Assembly (NCBI RefSeq): GCF_006345805.1
Contig: NC_042998.1
Span: forward strand, 37,448,001-37,481,000
Reading direction: 5' to 3'
DNA: 33,000 nt
From: Octopus sinensis
Lineage: Eukaryota
Shown: positions 1-9,864 of the stretch, piece after piece
Layout of the letters: each line of letters starts with the position of its first letter
Numbering within the stretch: the stretch's first letter is position 1
The notes under the pieces: generated by a model
Told to the model about the DNA's origin: nothing
Seen by the model: the letters and a program-made list of their open reading frames with translations, nothing else
Databases searched by the model: none
Translations under genes and position numbers: made by a program

Positions 1-145
1 TCGACCCCAGTACTCAACTGGTATTTATTTTATTCATCTCGAAGAATGAAAGGTAAAATCCACCTCGGCGGAATTTCAAATCAGAATGTAATGACGGACG
101 AAATAATGCAAGGCATTTAGTCCGGCGTTCTAAGGGGTCTGCCAA
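1..145 (-). mobile_element. tRNA-derived SINE, family M, 5' part (3' part runs off the window edge)
   Basis: Homologous to 12742-12935 and 13691-13925 (cctcggcggaattt.aa.tcagaatgta; tcgaccccagt..c.aactggta). The minus strand carries a degenerate B-box-like motif (gatttgaaattcc here, gagttcaaattcc in the 13691-13925 copy). Confidence 0.8.
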
Positions 146-307
146 TTTGATGCCTGCAAAAGATGTCTCCAAATCATCTCAGGCAGATCCTGTTCATACG
201 GTCAATATTTAGCATCAACAAACTTGCTTTTTGGAAAACGTCACGGTTGAGGAATTCAAGGAATGGAGCGGGTTTCTAAATATATATTGTGTATATCTAT
301 ATATAAC

Positions 308-720
308 CACAGGAGTGGCTGTGTGGTAAGGAGTTAACTTCCCAACCCTATGATTCCGAGTTTAGTCCCAACACGTAGCACCTTGGGAAAATGTCTTCTA
401 CTATAGCTTCGGGTATGAATATGTCAGACGAAAGCATTGTGTGTCAATTTCTTAGACGAAAACTGAAAGCCCGTCGTATATGTGTGTGTGCGCGTGCGCA
501 GGTGCTTCTGTCTTTGTTTTCCATCATCGTTTTACAAACAGTGGTTGTGTGTTTATATCCCTGTAACTTAGCAGTTCGGTAGAACGACCGATAACATAAC
601 ATACATGTTTAAAAAGAAAACAAGTCCAGGGATCGATCCTTCCGACAAAGATTTTTTCAAGGTGTTGCTCCAGCGTGGCCGCCGTCTAATGACTGAAACA
701 AATAAAAGAATAAAAAAGAA
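308..720 (+). mobile_element. tRNA-derived SINE (separate family) with internal (TG) stretch and A-rich tail
   Basis: A-box-like tggctgtgtgg and degenerate B-box gattccgagtttagtccc, followed by accttgggaaaatgtctt. Ends ...gactgaaacaaataaaagaataaaaaagaa. The 3' end resembles the fragment at 26447-26498. Confidence 0.75.
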
Positions 721-914
721 ACGAATTACATATTAATTACTTAGGCCATCGTAATAAAATTTCCTCTCAATAAATATTTATAATACGTATTAGGCGAGGG
801 AAGCGTAAAATATTAGGAGTTAGGATAACGCCTGAAGGAATAGCTGTATTCTCTATGAAGGCGCTTAGAGTTAGATGTAATGAGTAGAGAAGTTAAAAGT
901 ATGGGCAGTGTTGT

Positions 915-1307
915 GATGGATGATGGAAGTACTCCGTCGGTTACAACGAGGAGGGTTCCGGTTGATCCGAATCAACGGAACAGCCTGCTCGTGAAATTAA
1001 CGTGTAAGTGGCTGAGCACTCCACAGACACGTGTACCCTTAACGTAGTTCTCGGGGATATTCAGCGTGACACAGAGAGTGACAAGGCCGGCCCTTTGAAA
1101 TACAGGTACAACAGAAACAGGAAGTAAGAGTGAGAGAAAGTTGTGGTGAAAGAGTACAGCAGGGATCGTCACCATCCCTGCCGGAGCCTCGTGGAACTTT
1201 AGGTGTTCTCGCTCAATAAACACTCACAACGCCCGGTCTGGGAATCGAAACCGCGATCCTACGACCGCGAGTCCGCTGCCCTAACCACTGGGCCATTGCG
1301 CCTCCAC
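915..1307 (-). mobile_element. Full-length tRNA-derived SINE (head A + tail X) with 12-bp target-site duplication
   Basis: Minus-strand head ggcgcaatggcccagtggttagggcagcggactcgcggtcgtaggatcgcggtttcgattccc has clear A and B boxes. Perfect direct repeat gggcagtgttgt at 903-914 and 1308-1319. Confidence 0.92.
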
Positions 1308-1573
1308 GGGCAGTGTTGTACGCTGATTGCGAAGATGGGAGCGAGGGACATATCATTTTCGGAGAAAAGGCATTTAAGATACACTTTGCTAGACCCAGGT
1401 TTTAATACGTGAATTATGGCAAGAGAATAGTAGAGGTGTGTATGGCTTCAGAAATAAAAACGACTGTCATGAAGACAAAAGTTGGCAGAACAGTTAAACG
1501 TTTGATAACCTCTGAAACATCTTCCAGAAGTCAAAGTCACCATAGTCGAAATCGTATTATAAAAGTGTGCGCG

Positions 1574-1579
1574 CACACA

Positions 1580-1637
<58 letters not shown>

Positions 1638-1648
1638 CACACACACAC
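1574..1648. repeat. (CA)n microsatellite
   Basis: Direct reading. Confidence 0.98.
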
Positions 1649-1789
1649 GTAAAATGGGAAGGTATAAATAAATACGATTTCAAGAGAGATCTTTCCCTAA
1701 TGGTCAAAACCATAACATTTTGTTCTATAGTTGAACATTTACTTATGTAGCACTTATTTTCTTCGTGGATCAAATAATACTACGTATAT

Positions 1790-1911
1790 AAAACATGATG
1801 TATATATGTGTGCGTGTTTGTGTGTGTGTGTCTCTGTGTGTGCGTGCATGTGCGTGTGTGTGTGTGTGTGTGCACATATACATGCATGCATGCGCGCATA
1901 CATACCTTTGT

Positions 1912-1970
<59 letters not shown>

Positions 1971-1972
1971 AT
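1790..1972. repeat. Compound (TG)n/(TA)n alternating purine-pyrimidine tract
   Basis: Direct reading. Confidence 0.95.
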
Positions 1973-2179
1973 AAGGATTTAGCTCCTCTTTCTAGCAAGT
2001 AGGAGCGTCGTGTAACTTCTATTATAATCATAAATTTTATTCTCTCGCTATTTAGCGCTATTATTGCATGCTACCAGTTATATTTTTAATGTTGTTTTAT
2101 CAATTACTTAAATTTTCCGCTGATAGTAATAATAAAATTATTCCTATAGGAATATTCGTTTGAATATTTACTACTGATT

Positions 2180-2226
<47 letters not shown>
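2180..2226. repeat. (TA)n microsatellite
   Basis: Direct reading. Confidence 0.98.
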
Positions 2227-2227
<1 letters not shown>

Positions 2228-2309
2228 GTTAATAAAATAGAACATATGCATATATATAAACATATATGTACGTACCTACCTCTACATGTACATATACACG
2301 CATATATGT

Positions 2310-2780
2310 GTACAGGACACCAAAAAGACGTCGAACACATAGAGAGACGAAAAACATAGACACAAACCAAGGAACAGGACAAGCAAAAAAAAAGGGATAC
2401 AGGACAATAAGCACAACGAAAAATCCCCTTCTTCAGTCGCTAAGGTTTCATCTACTCTACGTTTCGAAGGATAAAAGCGAGACGTATCTTCGAAGAAACT
2501 TCCTTCCTGCGAAAAGCAAATCAATTAAAATTCTGAGATCTTTTCGCAGAGGGGTAAAAAATGGTAAAAAAACAAGACGGTAACGACAGTACAAACATAT
2601 AAACAGTAAAAAAATATATATAAACAGTGGAAAAATAAATATATAACAGTGAGAGACAGGACAAGGAGAACAAGATAAGAAGGGCTGCTTACGCCAGACG
2701 AAAAAAGTATTGCAAACGCTGGATTATAGTGGACGACGAGAGAGAAGGAATGTCGACCATTAATTCAGAATTACTTCAAC
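2310..2780. mobile_element. Unclassified interspersed-repeat-like segment with strong A/G strand bias
   Basis: Strong strand asymmetry, internal inverted repeat (ttcgaaggata...tatcttcgaa, ~2463-2494) and three imperfect atataaacagt repeats (~2597-2660). Only one copy in the window, so repeat status is inferred. Confidence 0.35.
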
Positions 2781-2999
2781 TGTGGGAAGTCAAATAGTGC
2801 AATTTCTACTTTATTCTACGAGGGGCCATACGTACAGCATTGTAATTATTGAAAGAAATGGAAGATAAAATCTATGATAAGCAATTTTTTATCAACTGAT
2901 CGATAAAATATAGAATCAATCGAATCTACTTATCTACTGTAGATATATTTGATGTATAAATATTTCCAATGACGTACACAAATATGTGCATTTATTCAC

Positions 3000-3110
3000 A
3001 CACACACAGATATATGTATACATACGTATGTGTATGTATATATTTATATACACATATACATATATATATATACATATATATATATATATGTAGATATATG
3101 TATATATACG

Positions 3111-3182
<72 letters not shown>

Positions 3183-3200
3183 ATGTATATATCTATATAC
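3000..3200. repeat. Compound (TA)n/(TG)n microsatellite
   Basis: Direct reading. Confidence 0.95.
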
Positions 3201-3500
3201 GTGGAGGCGCAATGACCCGCTGGTAAGGGCAGAGGACTCGCCGTAGGATCGCGGTTTCGATTCCCAGACCGAGTGTTGTGTTTATTGAGCGAAAACACCT
3301 TAAGCTCCACGAGGCTCCGGCAGAGGGTGATGGCGATCCCTGCTGTACTCTTTCGCCAGAAATTTCTATCACTCTTTCTTCCGTTGGCCTGCTCGCTTCG
3401 CCAACGGGGTGGCGTCATTTGCAGGATAAAACAATGCGAAGCGCATTGTGATCAGCGATATGTAGCAACATCTGATAGCCTGGTCGGTGATCACGGTGAT
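3201..3500 (+). mobile_element. tRNA-derived SINE (head A + tail Y)
   Basis: Head matches 915-1307 and 4103-4417. Tail (aaacaatgcgaagcgcattgtga.cagcgat...cctggtcggtgatcacggtgat) matches only 4103-4417 and runs into (AT)n. Confidence 0.92.
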
Positions 3501-3904
3501 ATATATATATATATATATGCATATACATATAAAACATATAAATATAAATTGAAACATAAAGTTGTGTGTGTATCTCATGAGGAAAGCAAGCACGAATGGA
3601 ATGATGACAAGAATATAGTAAGAGGGAATTTCTTCTCTTGTCACTTCGCAGCGTCAACCTTCTTGGGCTCTGCTGGTGAGGAAGCGATAACTACACTGAA
3701 ACCCATGCACCCAAAAATGTTCTTAGGAAACGTCGTGCGGTGACTCGCTGGATTTAAGTCTAGTTGTCTTCGGTGAGATTCTTGCACTAGACAAAATGCA
3801 GTGAATAGCTTTCTTATGGGTTAGGATATCCTGAAGCGTAGTTGAACTAGTGGCAATTGTATATTCATATAGGTCACAAGCTAGTGATGTTACCCCGTTT
3901 ATAT

Positions 3905-3986
<82 letters not shown>

Positions 3987-4005
3987 GTCTGTCTTTGTTT
4001 CTCTT

Positions 4006-4094
<89 letters not shown>

Positions 4095-4102
4095 GTGTGT
4101 GT
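3905..4102. repeat. Compound (TATC)n-(TC)n-(TA)n-(TG)n microsatellite
   Basis: Direct reading. Confidence 0.97.
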
Positions 4103-4417
4103 GTGAATGGCGCAATGGCCCAGTAGTTAGGGCAGCGGACTCGCGGTCGTAGGATCGCGGTTTCGATTCCCAGACTGGGCGTTGTGAGTGTTTATTGAGC
4201 GAAAACACCTAAAGTTCCACGGGGCTCCGGCAGGGGGTGGGTGGCGATCCCTGCTGTACTCTTTCGCCACAACTTTCTCTTACTCTTTCTTCTGTTGGCC
4301 TGCTCGCTTAGCCAGCGGGGTGGCGTCATTTGAAGGCTAAAACAATGCGAAGCGCATTGTGACCAGCGATGTGTAGCAATATCTCATAGCCTGGTCGGTC
4401 ACGGTGATCACGGTGAT
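4103..4417 (+). mobile_element. tRNA-derived SINE (head A + tail Y)
   Basis: Colinear, highly similar copy of 3201-3500. Terminal tcacggtga unit is duplicated, then (AT)n. Confidence 0.93.
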
Positions 4418-4429
4418 ATATATATATAT

Positions 4430-5137
4430 AATTTCTTGAAACTCTGGACGTCTCCTTGTTTAAGTTGGAAAAGGCTGCCATAATCCTTGCCTTCAGTTCA
4501 TCTTAGGTGTTACAAGGAGCTTTGACGGTCTCTTCCCAAACTGCACCCCACACTTAATTATCAAACGGCTGTAGTCTGGGGAGTTACTCGGCCAGGTTTT
4601 CGGAGTGGTGTGGTCGCAGAAATTATCTGATACCCTTGCCTGGGTTCTCCTGCTTCTGTGTCATAGTGCAGAGTCCTGTTGCCAGACATAGGGTCTTCCA
4701 GCAGCCAGTCTCTTGACCCAGGGCACCACCACCTCTTCGAGACACTTGATGTAGGCCTCCTTGCAGAATCTGAGACCGTGTGAGAAGATGAAAGGAGGCA
4801 TAACGGCGCCATCACTAGTGATGACCCTAAACATCATGATTTAGACTAGATGGTTGATTTTTATTATTCTGTACATATTTTGGGGACACGGCAAGCAAAG
4901 GGATTGTTTGTATGTTCACCATTTATTCGTATTGGAACTTCCAGCGCGAATGCCAAACAGTAGAGCATGTCGTTTCCATATTTCTGGAAGAGTGAATTGC
5001 GTCATGGTGCTGTTTTTCTAACACACGGTCCCCAACTGACCCTACTACTCTCTGAAGTGGAAAATCGAAAACAAACAATGCATATGTGTGAAATAAAAAA
5101 AATTTAAATGGCGACACTTTACCCTTCGCACCTTATA
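4430..5137 (-). mobile_element. Internally deleted Tc1/mariner transposon, DD37D (maT-like) transposase pseudogene
   Basis: Minus-strand translation IMMFRVITSDGAVMPPFIFSHGLRFCKEAYIKCLEEVVVPWVKRLAAGRPYVWQQDSAL*H...WPSNSPDYSRL(fs)D..VWGAV (4842 to ~4500) shows the QQDxAxxH and WPxxSPD motifs with 37-residue D-to-D spacing. Putative N-terminus MTQFTLPEIWKRHALLFGIRAGSSN starts at 5005. TIR-like end ta|taaggtgcgaagggtaaagtgtcgcca at 5108-5137. Confidence 0.88.
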
Positions 5138-5790
5138 TTTAGTGGACATAATCACCAGTATTATTAAATGCGCTGTAGAGAATGATTAGAATGAACGGAA
5201 ATGTGTTCAAAGCCTACTCGATTGTAAATCACAGAGAAAAAAAAGTTGTTTGGCATTTATATTTACATTTAATTTACTCAGACAAAATAACGTACAACTC
5301 TTCGATATATATCATAAAAGAAACATAACGTTGATTATAATAGAAGTGGTTTCTTCAAAATATTTTCATTCTATGGAATATGTATTGATTAATGAATACA
5401 CCAGCTATTTATATCATATATAATTCACTGGACTACGAAATTCGCATTGTAGTTACAAAAGTCTTGATCCATCTCGAGCAAGTATCATTTTCTAAAGTCC
5501 CCCGTCGATCAATAATCTCCGACTGAATTCGGTTATAGGGAAACGAAATATGTCACAAGTTGTTCTGAAAAGCAAAATTGAGTTATACCACGCACGAGTT
5601 TAAATTAGTTAAGCGAAAAACAGAAATCTACTATTAAGAACTTCATGGCTGGATTTTACATAGTTTGATATACCAATGATATTTACAGACTGTAAAGAAA
5701 AAAACAAGCGAAGAGTCACACAAAGAAACGAACAACATTTTGATATTTTCATCAGCAGCGTATATGTCACCTGACGGGGAAATTGAACAA

Positions 5791-5833
5791 TACACACACA
5801 CACACACAGACACACACACACATACATACATAT

Positions 5834-5874
<41 letters not shown>
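5791..5874. repeat. (CA)n/(TA)n compound microsatellite
   Basis: Direct reading. Confidence 0.95.
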
Positions 5875-5877
<3 letters not shown>

Positions 5878-6108
5878 CCTTCTCGAGCCATTCCAGGCTC
5901 AAAAGGGTCGTTTTGAGTGGCATAGAAATCCCCCACGTGGACGGGACGCCAGTCCGTCGCTGGATTACTCATTTTTGCCAGCTGAGAGCACTGGACCAAC
6001 ATGAAATGAAGTGTTTTGCTTAAGAACACAACGCATCGCCCGTTCCAGGAATCGAAACCACAATCTTACGATCATGACTTCAACATCCTAACCACTAAGC
6101 CACGCGCC
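5875..6108 (-). mobile_element. tRNA-derived SINE (head B + tail V)
   Basis: Minus-strand head ggcgcgtggcttagtggttagg...gtttcgattcc, then ttgtgttcttaagcaaaacact...cagctggcaaaaatgagt shared with 9128-9425. The tail begins ccagcgacggactggcgtcccgtcc, which resembles the V-SINE conserved block. Confidence 0.85.
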
Positions 6109-6668
6109 CACACACACACACATACACACACACAAATATATGTCTATATATATATGATTACAGTCTTATTCGAAAGGAGCAGATACTTAACATCCGTTCT
6201 TTTCATTTCACGTTCAAAAGCACGTCATAGAATAAAGAATGGATTAACTGCCAGGAAGGACCATGCTACACAGCTGCTAGAATACATTCTACTCATCATC
6301 GGTTTCATCCTGTAATATGTTTCAGTTGAATTGATTGGTTACGCAGCAACGTGGGATTAGTGCCCTCCCAATAGGGGGAGTGGAAGATATTTCCAGAAAC
6401 GTGAGGTTTCCTTGCCCAATGCACGAAGTGAGAAAGCGTAAATTCATGAAATTTAAGAACTATCAAGAATATATTGCCTTAATTAACAGAGAAAACATCG
6501 GGGGGAAGAGGTGTACTTTGATTCTGGGACAAAATATTATGTACATCGATGTTTTACTTTACATCTGTTTCCTTTCAGCTGCGTCCTTTTCCAAGTGTTG
6601 TACACTCCCTTATGGGTAGGATTAGCTTTAAGTACTTTTAGTTCTACTGTATCAGCTTTTTCAATACA

Positions 6669-6669
<1 letters not shown>

Positions 6670-6705
<36 letters not shown>

Positions 6706-6738
6706 TAATAATAATAATAATAACAATAATAATAATAA
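6670..6738. repeat. (AAT)n microsatellite
   Basis: Direct reading. Confidence 0.98.
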
Positions 6739-7190
6739 GTATAAAAGATGGGCTACAGCAAATATTCTGCTCAATACTACAGATTTGCTTGTCAGTTGTT
6801 TGACCTTAACCAGTTGAGCATGTCCCTTAGTGGCTGACGATATGTGCATCTCTGATCACGAGCAGAAGTAGTGGGGGAGCATCATAGCCTTGTGTTGAGA
6901 GGGATTCTTTGGGGTTTGAATAGTTCACCTCTGGAAACATCCTTAAACAACCCTTATTCAGGGACCTTTTGAGCGGGATGGGCTACTCAACCTGAAGAAA
7001 ATTCTAACTGGGCCCCACCTGCAAGGTCATGTGCTGTTTATCTTGATATGAGATCACCATATCGCGCACATATGGTTGTGATGCATGTGCCTGGTGTACC
7101 CTTATCAGACGGGTAGTCATGATGGGTATATTGGGCTTCGTATATTTTACCCCAGTGTCACTTTGATGGCATGAACTGTTCTCTCACTCA
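6739..7190 (+). mobile_element. Non-coding interspersed element flanked by (AAT)n on both sides, copy 1
   Basis: Colinear with the reverse complement of 22517-23007 along its whole length. No ORF and no tRNA head. Strand assigned by assuming the TAA strand is sense. Confidence 0.9.
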
Positions 7191-7193
7191 ATA

Positions 7194-7230
<37 letters not shown>
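7190..7230. repeat. (AAT)n/(GAT) tail
   Basis: Direct reading. Confidence 0.95.
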
Positions 7231-9127
7231 AAGGAAACGGATGGAGTCTCGTTATGGGCTCATAATGATACATCTAGTGATGGTGTCACCATATACACAC
7301 TGGTAATTGCGCAACCTGATAATCGTTACCTCATAAGAGTGGCAATGAAAAAACAAAATATTGTGAATACCGGTGGTAATGAAACTGAAGCCAATGATGG
7401 TGTCAGTGTTACACCCGGTGGCTCAGAGATTCTGGTCCGGTTCCAGCCTGTCGATATCTAGTTAAATATTTGATGACTTCTTCTACCTCATAAAAAATTA
7501 CAGGTACAAAGGTCATACATGAGCATATATCATGAACCGGGCAATCACTTCTTGCATCGCGCCAACTTTTAATTCTTTAAGTGAAAGAGTGAGAGAGTAA
7601 GAGAGAGAGAAAGAATGAAATGGAGAGAGAAAGAGAAGTCGAAGATGAATTCAGAGGAAGCCCTAGTCAAAATAGAAGTATCTTAAAATCAATTAAAGAT
7701 ATTGGACTAAAGTCCAAAGAGCATGCACGCTAAACGCTGGCCATGACGAATAACATGAGAGTTTTAGGAACAACACCTCTAAGAAAAACTATCACAGACA
7801 TAATCACAACAAAAACAAGGGAAACGAACTAAATGAACAGTCACAATAAATAAATAATTTTCATACTTGGTTCTCCTGCAAGTCGTATAGCTTCATGGCT
7901 GCATTGACCTATGGTCAAAGTCTTTCTGACCAATCCTATCGCAGACTTTCATCACTGTAGTTAACGTATCCAGCTATTTTATGCGGAGATATGGTTTGAT
8001 TTCTAGGAATGTCCCTGCAAAACATTTGCAACCATCTTGATCGAATAGAGGCTATCACGGAGTAAATGTGGATTTGATGGCATATGCATTACAAAACAGC
8101 AAACAATTGAACTGCAAAAAGGGTGAGTGGGAATCAACTCCTCTCCAATCTCATTTTGTAAGGAGAAACTAAACTTCTAGAAATTGTGGTTTCGATTGAA
8201 TTGCGGAAATTTCAGAGGACACAAAATTAATTTAATACCCCAAATAAGCAGCGAGTAATGCATGCAGCTAATGATTGATCTAAATAAGGGATAACTTATT
8301 GTCATTCCTTACTTCTCCACAAAAAATGCTCCTCATAGGATTATGTTGTCTAAATGCACATGTTCTGGGGTCAATTCTAAATAGAGGTTGCTTTGTTTTC
8401 GAAATCTTGGGTAGGAGGCACAAATACTGCAACACAAACATGGTAGCCTCGAGTGAGACCCGAATTTCCTTGCCCCACAGAAACGGGAAAGTGTACGCAA
8501 ATTTAAGACGACCACGGCCAAGTGGATTGAATATCTCGAAGCGCAAAGAATCACTCTTGCGTCGAATGGTAATTCCGTGGACCTTATTGTGAGCAGCAGG
8601 AAAACATGATAGCAAACATTGATCCTTTAGGCACCTGCTAATAAAATAAGATTAAACTGGCTCAACATCTCAATGAGTGCAGCTGTTCGCATATAATCGT
8701 ATCTTAAGTGAATAAAATATTGTTTTAGACATACACTGGATTGTGTTAAACCCTTTTTCTAACACTGATAGAACAACAGGTTAAAAGACTAACAGTCGCT
8801 GATGGGTAAATATTTAGCTCCTAAAACATACTAATCCTTATATTGATCGGATCATCTAGACCATAGATTTTAAAAACCACATGTTCGATCACGTGTTTTC
8901 CACCGATGATTTAAACATATGCCAGAATGTTTCTTGGATATACAAGCACTCTAGAATGAAAGGATAGTATTTTAAGTAAACAAGTGGAGTGGGAGTTGCG
9001 TGCAATAATCTTTGATGCTTATAAAATGGAAGACAAAATTGAACCTTGAGTCAACCAGTCTCGTTGTTGCTGATTTTATTTTATTGTGTTTCATACTGTT
9101 GGCACAGCTATTTCTTTTACTTAATTA

Positions 9128-9425
9128 GTGAATGCGCGTGGCTTAAGAGTTGAGGCTTTCGGTTCACAGTCATAAGGTTATGAGTTTGATTCCCGTTCGC
9201 GCAATGTGCCACGGGGCAAGATACATTATTTTCACGTTGAACCTGTCACCTCATCTGGCAAAAATGAGTTAATTTAATTTAGAGGACCAGCCTTTAGAGG
9301 GCCAGTCTTTTCACATTCTGTGTCATGGTGAATCTCTTTGAGAATTTCGTTAATGATACAGGTGTCTGTGAGATGCTCAACCACTTATACGTTAATTTCC
9401 CGAGCATGTCGTTCCGTTGATCGCC
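9128..9425 (+). mobile_element. Older tRNA-derived SINE (head B + tail X)
   Basis: 5' half matches the head of 5875-6108 (gcgcgtggctta; ctggcaaaaatgagt). 3' half matches the tail of 915-1307 (tctgtgtca.g.tgaat.tc...gagaa...cgttaa...gtgtctgtg...tgctca.ccactta.acgttaatttc.cgagca...gttccgttgat). Confidence 0.85.
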
Positions 9426-9804
9426 ATTTTTATTTTGCTGCCCATGCTATTATTGTTGTAATTGATGTTGCTGTTGTTGCTGCTGCTGTCGGTTTTTGCA
9501 TGTGTTGGTGTTCTCGTTCATAAGATCTTTGCCCTAAGTATTATAATACGTTGTCATTACCATCGCTGTTATTGTTGTTATTGGTCTTGTTATCGGCACG
9601 CATGCGCGGATTAACGGAACGTCACTGAATCTGGTGGCAGAGGCGTAACGCAATAGGTAAAGGTATGGGAAATCATGAAGTCTGCGACCTCTAGGACACA
9701 AATTGTCAAACCTTTCTTTTACGAAATGAAGTCAGAGTCGGTCCAATGTTTACACAAATTACAACAGTGAATAAGTTGTTTCCAACAACATTTTAGGTAT
9801 GCTA

Positions 9805-9819
9805 CGATGATAATGATTG

Positions 9820-9864
<45 letters not shown>

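Noticed and set aside
1230-1307. tRNA-like sequences here and at 3201-3270, 4103-4175, 6040-6108 and 9128-9200
   Set aside because: They continue into shared SINE bodies and lack a clean cloverleaf and terminator, so they are SINE heads, not tRNA genes.
760-1560. Sequence interrupted by the TSD-flanked SINE, considered as a LINE or Penelope remnant
   Set aside because: No recognisable motif in any of six frames after removing the SINE.
6579-6615. Acceptor/donor-flanked 37-nt segment, and a possible spliced chain 3652-3675 + 6579-6615 + 8481-8568
   Set aside because: The joined peptide is open but resembles no known protein; such site pairs are expected by chance in 33 kb.
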